NCBI RefSeq assembly: GCF_006345805.1
Contig: NW_021835912.1
Span: 1-37,656 of the forward strand
DNA from: Octopus sinensis
Lineage: Eukaryota
DNA: 37,656 bases
Direction of reading: 5' to 3'
How positions within the stretch are numbered: position 1 is the stretch's first letter; every line of letters starts with the position of its first letter. Both the position numbers and the translations under genes were made by a program. Of the stretch, positions 23,864 through 32,820 are shown in pieces. The notes beneath the pieces are model-generated. The model was not told the origin of the DNA and did not search any database. It saw only the letters and a program-made list of their open reading frames with translations.

Positions 23864-25042
23864 CGAGGGTGGATCAAAAAGTTCGTGGAATTTTTTAATA
23901 GCAGTAAAATTATCAAATTTAAACAAGTTAAAACATGTCAGAACACATCACTTGGTGTTTACCTGGCTTTTAGTTACCTGCAATCAGTTTCATACAAGCC
24001 TCTGTATTGTTCAGACCCTCTAAAAGAGAAGCTACTTTTTCAACCATGGAAAACAGGTATTTTGAGATAAGGTCGAATATCAAATTTTTGGTAAAACTCA
24101 AATGGAAAGGAACACAGATCATTGAGGCTTTGGAAAAAGTTTATGGAACTCGTGCTCCAAAAAAGACTACAGTCTACAAGTGGATTCAGCGATTCAAAGA
24201 AGGAAGAGACGACTTTGAAGACTTTGAACACTCGGGAAGACCAGGAACCTCAAAAAATGACGAAAACATCGAGGCTGCTCGAAATTTAATTGAAGAAGAT
24301 TGGCGAATAACTGTCAATCAGATAGCTATGTCCCTAGAGATTTCCTATGGGTTGGCAAATTCAATTCTTCATGATAATTTGGGACTGAGCAAGCTTTCAG
24401 CATGATGGATCCCAAAAGCATTGCGGCCTTATCAGCAGAATCTTCTAAGTGATCTCTCCTTAACATTATTGAACAAAATCGAAGCAGATGAAGAGCAATT
24501 TCTGGTGAAAATTATCACCGGAGAGGAAACTTGGATTCACCAGTATGATCCTGAGTCCAAAAAACAGTCAAAGCAATGGCTCCCACGTGGATCTTCAGGA
24601 CCCATCAAGTTCAAATCTCAAAAGTCGGCTCAAAAAGTGATGGCCATGGTTTTCTGGGATTCAGAGGGTGTGATACTGATAGATTACCTTGAAAATCAAA
24701 GAACAGTAACAGGAGTTTAGTATGCTAAGGTTTTAAGGAAGCTAAAGGATGCTTTGATTAAAAAACGGAAAGGGAAAATTCATGGTGGGGTCCTGTTTCA
24801 TCATGACAATGCACCAGCGCATTCTTCGAGGATTTCGCAAGATGTCCTTCGAGAATTTCAATGGGAAGTGCGTGCCACTACTTGGCTCCAAAAACATCCT
24901 CCAGAATTCTTCAAAGACGGTCTTCGAACCTGGAAACATCGACTTGAGGAGTGCATTGACCTGAATAGCAACTATGTTGAGAAATAAGCTCACGTATATA
25001 TGTTGTTTTTGTAAAATAAATTAATTTCTTAAAAATTCCTCG
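23864..25042 (+). mobile_element. Irritans-subfamily (Hsmar2-like) mariner transposon, inactivated
   Basis: TA|CGAGGG...CCTCG|TA ends. The 3' TIR is internally deleted. Confidence 0.9.
24046..24987 (+). pseudogene. Mariner transposase pseudogene
   Basis: One reading frame, MENRYFEIRSNIKF...NYVEK, with two stops (24403-24405, 24718-24720), TGEETW in place of TGDETW, an intact HHDNAPAH, and in-frame loss of the HPPYSPDL/third-Asp segment. Confidence 0.92.
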
Positions 25043-25072
25043 TATACACACACACACATATATATATATAAC

Positions 25073-25435
25073 AAATAAGAAAACGGAGAGGATATAAAAT
25101 TGACAGATATTAGCCAGTAAACTTGTAAGTATGTCTATTTATTCAATAGTAAAAGATGAATACACACACATGTATGAGTTATACAGATTAGCAAGTGGCA
25201 AAATACAAATGGGTGTGGAGGTACCTCCACACCCATTTATATTTTTGCTCATGTGTTTCTATATATTTATATGTTTTCACACTCTTGTCTATGCAGTTAC
25301 CAGCTTTTTCCACTTGCTAATCTGTATAACTCATACATGTGTGTGTATTCATCTTTTACTATTGAATAAATAGACATATTTACATGTTTACTGGCTAATG
25401 TCTGTCGATTTTATATCCTCTCCGTTTTCTTATTT
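25073..25435. repeat. Spacer-less palindrome centred on GGT|ACC at 25222/25223
   Basis: Outer arms 25073-25198 and 25310-25435 have 4 mismatches in 126 bp. Perfect 32-bp core palindrome at 25207-25238. The left arm lacks ~60 bp present in the right arm. Confidence 0.95.
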
Positions 25436-25639
25436 GCCATATAAATCATATAAATCACTCTTTTACCTCCGCCCAGATATAATACTCAATTGCAAGATTG
25501 CCATGCAATAACTAGGACTTGACTATGAATAATTGGGTAAACTACCAGCAGTATATTGGATAGGTAGTATACCCTTAGATTTTTTCTCAAACTCTAACTC
25601 ACACAGAAATAAATAAATAAATATATATAATGTATATAA

Positions 25640-25955
25640 GGCACATGACTCAGTGGTTAGAGCATTGAGCTCACAAGAATGAGGTAGTGAATTTGATTCC
25701 CAGACCAGGCTGTGTGTTGTGTTCTTCAGCAAGACACTTTATTTCACATTGTTCCAGTTGACTCATCTGTAGAAATGAGTTGCAATGTCACAGGTCCCGA
25801 GTTCTATTGGCTTTTGCCTTTCCCTTGGATAATATTGGTGGTTTGGAGAGAGGAGGGTGGTATGCAAGGGCGACTGCTGATCTTCTATAAACAATCTTGC
25901 CTGGACTTATGCTTTGGAGGGGAACTTTCTAGGTGCAACCCATGGTCATTATGAG
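25640..25955 (+). mobile_element. Second tRNA-derived SINE family (CORE-like body)
   Basis: A-box-like tgactcagtggttagagc and B-box-like gaatttgattccc, followed by gtgttcttcagcaagacacttt. Confidence 0.7.
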
Positions 25956-25972
25956 CAATGGGGTCTTTACAC

Positions 25973-26007
<35 letters not shown>

Positions 26008-26394
26008 TATACATATATATATATATATATATACAGGGGGAGAATTCAAACAAAAGACGAAGACAGGTGGTGTAGACAACAAACAGATGTATTAGTTTAA
26101 CGCTCAGGAAGTAAAAATGTCTTTAACATTTCAAGCCTATACTCTTCCACAGAAAGGAACACAGTAAGAAACAAAGAAAGAATAAAGTATGTGTAGTGGC
26201 TAGTGATCTATCATGGTGAATACCGAATAGAGGGTCACACAGGAGAGCTAGGAAGAAGGGGAGATAATAAAATAGTGGTGATATATATATACTAGCAATG
26301 CATCCTGGCGTTGCTTGGGTGTTATGACCTATAAGCACATTGAATTATTTGCTCCTTTCTTATGGGCAGAATTAGCACAGCTGATATATAGTTA

Positions 26395-26910
26395 ATGGAA
26401 AGGGCAACGTTCAGAGAGCTACTGCCTCTGTTAGTAATAAAGGGCCTCTCCCTCAGAGTGAAAGGCAGATTGTAAGATGCCTGTGTATGAACAGCTATAC
26501 TACATGCATACAAGCTTACCCTCTCCACACTATGATGTTATCCAAATGAAAGGCAAAGGCCAATACAGCTTGGCACCAGTGACAAATGAAGCCAGCATGT
26601 TCTGCTAGATGGGTAATGTCAGTGTGTACATATGACAGAGTGTAAGTGATTTGAGAGAAAAACTGGGTATACAAGGTATCAGATATAGTGTGCAAGAGAG
26701 AAGATTGCACTGGTATGACCATCTAATGAAGATAGTTGCATCAAGAAGTGCCAGTCTCTAATTATAGAGGGAATATATGGAAGAGGGAATATATGAAGAT
26801 GTGGGACGAAGTGATGAGAAAGAATCTTCAGATGTTGGGCTTCACAGTGGGGATGACAGGGGACCAAGATTCCTGGTGGTTTGCTGTGCTTGAGAAGATG
26901 CATCAAGCTA
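26395..26910 (+). mobile_element. RTE LINE 3' coding fragment
   Basis: FRELLPLL..KGLSLRVKGRL.DACV and LREKLGIQGIRYSVQERRLHWYDHLM relics. Confidence 0.8.
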
Positions 26911-27018
26911 AGTAAAATCATAGTTGTCCTTGAATATAGGCATGTTCCCTTGTTATGTCATGGATTTGAATATCTCATTGCTAATAATGTTATGATGATG
27001 CTGGGGTATGCACAAGGG

Positions 27019-28195
27019 TGTAGGAATAGTATTACCCAAATAAATATAGTTATCTAGAACAGCCTTTCACAGAATTAATATGTTCACGCAGAACATATTC
27101 CATACTACACCAAATGTAGGTACAATATTAAACTAACACAGTAATCCAATACGAATGATCAATGCTGTCAACTACTGACAGTTCACACTGTTTCTTTATT
27201 TTATTGAAATGGGTCTCAGTCACTTATGGTCACATGTGGGTGGTCAGGATCCTTCCTCAACACCTCCCCTTTTTGGGGAATTAGCTTCCCATAACCTCTC
27301 CCCTTTTTGAGAATTAAACTCCGTCCAGAGTTTTTATATCTCTTACACTCAAGGTTTAATTCCAGTATTTCTATTTTTTTCTTTTTTCTAGAACTTGAGC
27401 ATGTAGTTTCAGTTTGTTTGAGTGTTGTACAATACTCCCATGGAGATTTCATCTCTCATGACTGTTTCTTCCATACATCCTTTTCTAAGTTGGTTTATAT
27501 ATTTATATATTTTTTATATATATATTTCTATTTTTTTATATGTTCAAAATTTTTTCCTTTTGAGAGGAATATTTTCCCAATTTGTTTAATAATTAAACCA
27601 TCCTCCCAGCTTTCTTTATCATATCTATATGATTTATAAAAAAACTTTGTCACCTAACTTGAAGAATTTTGAAGTATATTTGTTGTTCGCCATTTTTCTA
27701 TTTTTACTTATGAAAAATGGATCCGATCTTTCTAGCAAACATTAATTCTACAGGTGACATTCCAGCTGGTGTATTCGGATTAGGTATTGCTCGGTGCACT
27801 CTTAGAAATTGTTGAAGTCTTAGGTCATCCATTACTTCATTGTTCGCCTTTTTTTAAAGCTCTCTTAAAAGTATCAACAAAAGTACTCTGTTTGTCCATT
27901 TGACATAGGATGATACGTCAAAGTTTGATAATGAACATTTTACAAAATGATTTAAACTTGTCTGAAGTAAACTCAGTTCCATCATCAAACACAATGGTAT
28001 CAGGAATACCATATCTAGCAAACAATTTGTGTAAAAAACTTACTGTAACCACAGATGTCGGTTTTTTGCACTTACTCACTTCAGGTCACTTTGAAAAACT
28101 GCATTGACCCAACTCATCCAAGAAAACATCAGGGAACAACCTTTCCACTTTTTTTAAAAAATTTTCTGACTCTGTATTTGAATTGGTGCATGACC
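27019..28195 (-). mobile_element. Internally deleted Ty3/Gypsy LTR retrotransposon fragment (integrase core, PPT, probable 3' LTR)
   Basis: - strand LFARYGIPDTIVFDDGTEFTS, YHPMSNGQ, FVDTFKRAL and SPVELMF. Polypurine tract AAAAAGGGGAGG (27263-27274) is followed directly by TG at 27262-27261. The far end of the LTR (27115 or 27019) is uncertain. Confidence 0.75.
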
Positions 28196-28269
28196 CCATT
28201 ACATTTATATATATATATTTATATATTTATATATATTTATACATATATATATATATATTTATATATATC

Positions 28270-28995
28270 TGAGGAGAGATGTGTGAAGAAGTGCCACTCC
28301 CAAACTGTTGAAGGAACCCGGGGTAGAGGTAGACCCAGGAAGACATGGAACGAGGTGGTCAAGCATGACCACTTTGAGCCTCACAGAGGCTATGACGAAA
28401 GACCGAGACCTCTGGAGATATGCTGTGACTTCAAAGACCCGACAAATGAAGTGAGTTCATGGCTTGCAGGACGGCCTGCTATGCTAACCTTGGATCGTAG
28501 AGTGACTCGCAGTTCTTGAGGATTCGAAGACCCAACATATGAAGTGAGTTCATGCTTGCAGGACAGCCTGCTCTGCTAACCTTGGATCGTAGGGTGACTC
28601 GCAGTTCTTGAGGAGACCTGTTGAGTCACGTTCGTCAACATCAAAAATTCGAATGGTAATTGTAGTTAAGACACCAGTGCTGGTGACACGTAAAAGCACA
28701 GTTCGAGTGTGGCAGTTACTAGTGTCGCCTGACTGGCATCCATGTCAGTGACATGTAAAAGCACCAACCGATCGTAGCTGTTTGCCAGCCTGCGCTGGCT
28801 CCTGTGCCGGTAGCACATGACAAACACTCACTACACTCATGGAGTGTTTGGTGTTAGGAAGGGCATCCAGCTGTAGAAACACTGCCAAATAAGACTGGAG
28901 CCTGGTGCAGCCTCCATGGCTTACCAGACCCCAGTCGAACCGTCCAACCCAGGCTAGCATGGAAAACGGGCGTTAAATGATGATGATGATGATGA
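28270..28995 (+). mobile_element. RTE LINE 3' end with UTR and (GAT)n tail
   Basis: EERCVKKCHSQTVEGTRGRGRPRKTWNEVVKHD, followed by UTR and a gatgatgatgat tail. Confidence 0.8.
28434..28614. repeat. 93-bp tandem duplication in the RTE 3' UTR
   Basis: aagaccc...tgaagtgagttcatg...cttggatcgtag...gcagttcttgagga starts at 28434 and again at 28527. Confidence 0.9.
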
Positions 28996-29190
28996 TATAT
29001 ATATATATTTATTTATATATTCATATATATAAGCAATATTAAATCTCTGAACGAGATGTAAACAGTAACTGCACGACGATGTGAGGTATACTAGCCATCT
29101 CAATATGGCTAACCACTAAGGGGGGAGTTACTGTAGCTTGTAGCCCCAGGCATACTTTCTGTGCCCTTAAGGTATTTGCAAAGGGAGGTT

Positions 29191-29197
29191 TTAATAT

Positions 29198-29247
<50 letters not shown>

Positions 29248-29249
29248 GG

Positions 29250-29312
<63 letters not shown>

Positions 29313-29366
29313 TATATATAGATATATATTTATATATATATATATATATTGTAATATATATATATT

Positions 29367-29397
<31 letters not shown>

Positions 29398-29464
29398 TAT
29401 ATATATATATATTATAATATATATATATATTTATATATGATAGATATATATTAATATATATATG

Positions 29465-29498
<34 letters not shown>

Positions 29499-29545
29499 GT
29501 TATATAATATATGTATATATATATATATATGTATATATATAGATG

Positions 29546-29577
<32 letters not shown>

Positions 29578-29630
29578 ATATATAGATATGTATATATATA
29601 TATAATATTTTTTTTTATATATATATTTAT

Positions 29631-29666
<36 letters not shown>

Positions 29667-29911
29667 TTATATATATATACATTTATTGATATATATATTA
29701 TTTTATATAATATTATTTATTATATTATATATTTATTTATATATATATATATTTATTTATATATATATTTATATATATATATATATTTATTATATATATA
29801 TTTATATATATATATATATATTTATTTATATATATATATTTTATTAATATATATATATTTATTTATATATTATTATTATATATATATATATATATATATT
29901 TATTTATATAT

Positions 29912-29946
<35 letters not shown>

Positions 29947-30681
29947 TTATTTATATATATATATTTATATATATATATATTTATTTATATATATATTTAT
30001 ATATATATATATATTTATTTATATATATATTTATATTTATTTAGTATATATTTATATATATATATATATATATATTATTATATATATATATATATATTAT
30101 ATAATATATATTTATATATATATATATTTATTTATATATATATTTATATATATAATATATTTATTTGTATATGTATTTATATATATATATATTTATTTAT
30201 ATATATATTTATATATATATATATATTTATTTATTATATATTTATATATATTATATATTTATTTATATATATATTTATATATATATATATTTATTTATAT
30301 ATGTATATATAAATATGTATATATATATATATACATATGTATATATATATTGTATATATATATTTATATATATATATGTATATTATATATATATATTATA
30401 TAATATATATATATTTATATATATATTATATCATATTATTTTTTTTTATATATATATTTATATATATATTTATATATATTTATATATATTTATTTATATA
30501 TATATTTATATATATATATTTATTTATATATATATTTATATATATATATATATTTATTTATATATATATTTATTTATATATATATTTATATATATATATA
30601 TTTATTTATATATATATTTATATATATATATATATTTATTTTATATATAATTTATATATATATATATATTTATTATATATG

Positions 30682-30726
<45 letters not shown>

Positions 30727-31132
30727 TTCTACTATATATATGTTTATATATATATATATATATTTATTTATATATATATATTTATATTATATATATATAT
30801 TTATATATATATATATATATTTATTTATATATATTTATATATATATATTTATTTATATATATATTTATATATATATATATTTATATATATATATTATATA
30901 TATATTTATTATATATATATTTATTTTATATATATATATATTTATTATATATATATATATATTTATTTATATATATATATATATTTATATATAATATAAT
31001 TTATTTATATATATATATTTATTTATATATATATATATTTATTTATATTTATATATATATATTTATTTATATATATATATTTATTAATATATATATTATT
31101 TATATATATATATATATATATATATGTTTATT

Positions 31133-31163
<31 letters not shown>

Positions 31164-31170
31164 ATATATA
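29191..31170. repeat. ~2-kb degenerate (TA)n/(TTTA) low-complexity array
   Basis: Almost pure A/T. The predicted Y/I-rich ORFs here are artefacts. Smaller (TA)n tracts lie at about 13890-13975, 14452-14540, 14680-14770, 15420-15470, 32530-32727 and 36737-37088. Confidence 0.98.
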
Positions 31171-31320
31171 CAAAGAGCAATAAAGATTCAAGTTAATTTA
31201 AAAGAATTTACTTGAATATGGTACCTAACTTAGATGCACCAAAAAAAAACTATACTGATTTAACAATACAGTAATGTGGGGTGATAATAAGCGAGAAAGA
31301 AGCAACAAGAATGGATAGGT

Positions 31321-31410
31321 TTTTAGTACGATCGTTTCATACAAGGACAGGTTTTATTAAAAGTTGCAAAGATTACAGCATATAACGAGTCCCGTACTCA
31401 TCAGCTAAAA
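31321..31410 (-). ncRNA. Minimal type I hammerhead ribozyme (family C), left-arm copy
   Basis: Reverse complement of 32409-32499, with one A fewer in loop 2. Confidence 0.85.
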
Positions 31411-32408
31411 TACATGTAAGTTCTCTAGACATCCTAGTGTTTGAGGCTATACTCATGAAGTAATGTAGATAATTAAACAGATTTCTAAAGTTCATTAAAG
31501 TTCTTTAAAGATGATGTACAGTCTTATCACAGAATTTTAAAAAAGTTTTGATAGCATCACAGAGAAGGTGACCTAATCCATATGAATTTCCATAGATATG
31601 ATGAGGGATTATATACTCACAGAAGACAAATTTATCCATTGTTAATTACAACGAGGTGGGTCTCAATTCCTGCTTATTAGCATTACAGAGAGGGTGAATT
31701 AATCCATTGTATAGATGCACAGATTCCAATGGTGTAGATGTAAATTTCCAGAGAAATGGAGATGAATTTCATATTCACAGGCGATAAATTTTACAATGGT
31801 TGAACACAATGAGGTAGGTATCAATCCTTGTTATATGATTAGGTATTTGCCACATTAATCACATTACTGCTATTCACAAGAGGCTGTAGCTATATATATA
31901 TATATATATAAATATATATATATAAAAATAGCTACAGCCTCTTGTGAATAGCAGTAATGTGATTAATGTGGCAAATACCTAATCATATAACAAGGATTGA
32001 TACCTACCTCATTGTGTTCAACCATTGTAAAATTTATCGCCTGTGAATATGAAATTCATCTCCATTTCTCTGGAAATTTACATCTACACCATTGGAATCT
32101 GTGCATCTATACAATGGATTAATTCACCTCTCTGTAATGCTAATAAGCAGGAATTGAGACCCACCTCGTTGTAATTAACAATGGATAAATTTGTCTTCTG
32201 TGAGTATATAATCCCTCATCATATCTATGGAAATTCATATGGATTAGGTCACCTTCTCTGTGATGCTATCAAAACTTTTTAAAATTCTGTGATAAGACTG
32301 TACATCATCTTTAAAGAACTTTAATGAACTTTAGAAATCTGTTTAATTATCTACATTACTTCATGAGTATAGCCTCAAACACTAGGATGTCTAGAGAACT
32401 TACATGTA

Positions 32409-32499
32409 TTTTAGCTGATGAGTACGGGACTCGTTTATATGCTGTAATCTTTGCAACTTTTAATAAAACCTGTCCTTGTATGAAACGATCGTACTAAAA
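32409..32499 (+). ncRNA. Minimal type I hammerhead ribozyme (family C, GUA triplet)
   Basis: Stem I UUUUAG/CUAAAA; CUGAUGA at 32415-32421; stem II GUACGGGAC/GUCCUUGUAU (9 bp, one bulge) around a 41-nt loop; GAAA at 32482-32485; palindromic ACGAUCGU; predicted cut after 32493. Confidence 0.88.
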
Positions 32500-32624
32500 A
32501 CCTATCCATTCTTGTTGCTTCTTTCTCGCGTATATATATATATATATATATATATATGTTTATTATATATATATATATATTTCTATATATATCTATATAT
32601 TATATGTTTATTTATTTATATATA

Positions 32625-32656
<32 letters not shown>

Positions 32657-32820
32657 GTTTATTTATTTATATATATATATATTTCTATATATATCTATAT
32701 ATATATATGTTTATTTATTTATATATATGATTGATTGATTGATTGATTGGTTCTAGTTTCAGCTCATGAGCTGTGGCCATGCTGGGGCACCGCCATTTGG
32801 TGTTGCTACTTGTTTTTACT

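Larger units (their letters stand above)
31291..32529. repeat. ~600-bp near-perfect inverted repeat (arms 31291-31893 and 31928-32529) with a 34-nt TA spacer; Penelope-like terminal sequence
   Basis: By manual comparison the arms differ only by three 1-nt homopolymer length differences. Each arm carries a hammerhead near its outer end. Confidence 0.95.

Noticed and set aside
30165-30999. Long Y/I-rich ORFs (also 14340-14635, 15292-15686, 32476-32738, 36726-37088)
   Set aside because: They are translations of (TA)n/(CA)n microsatellites with no protein signal.
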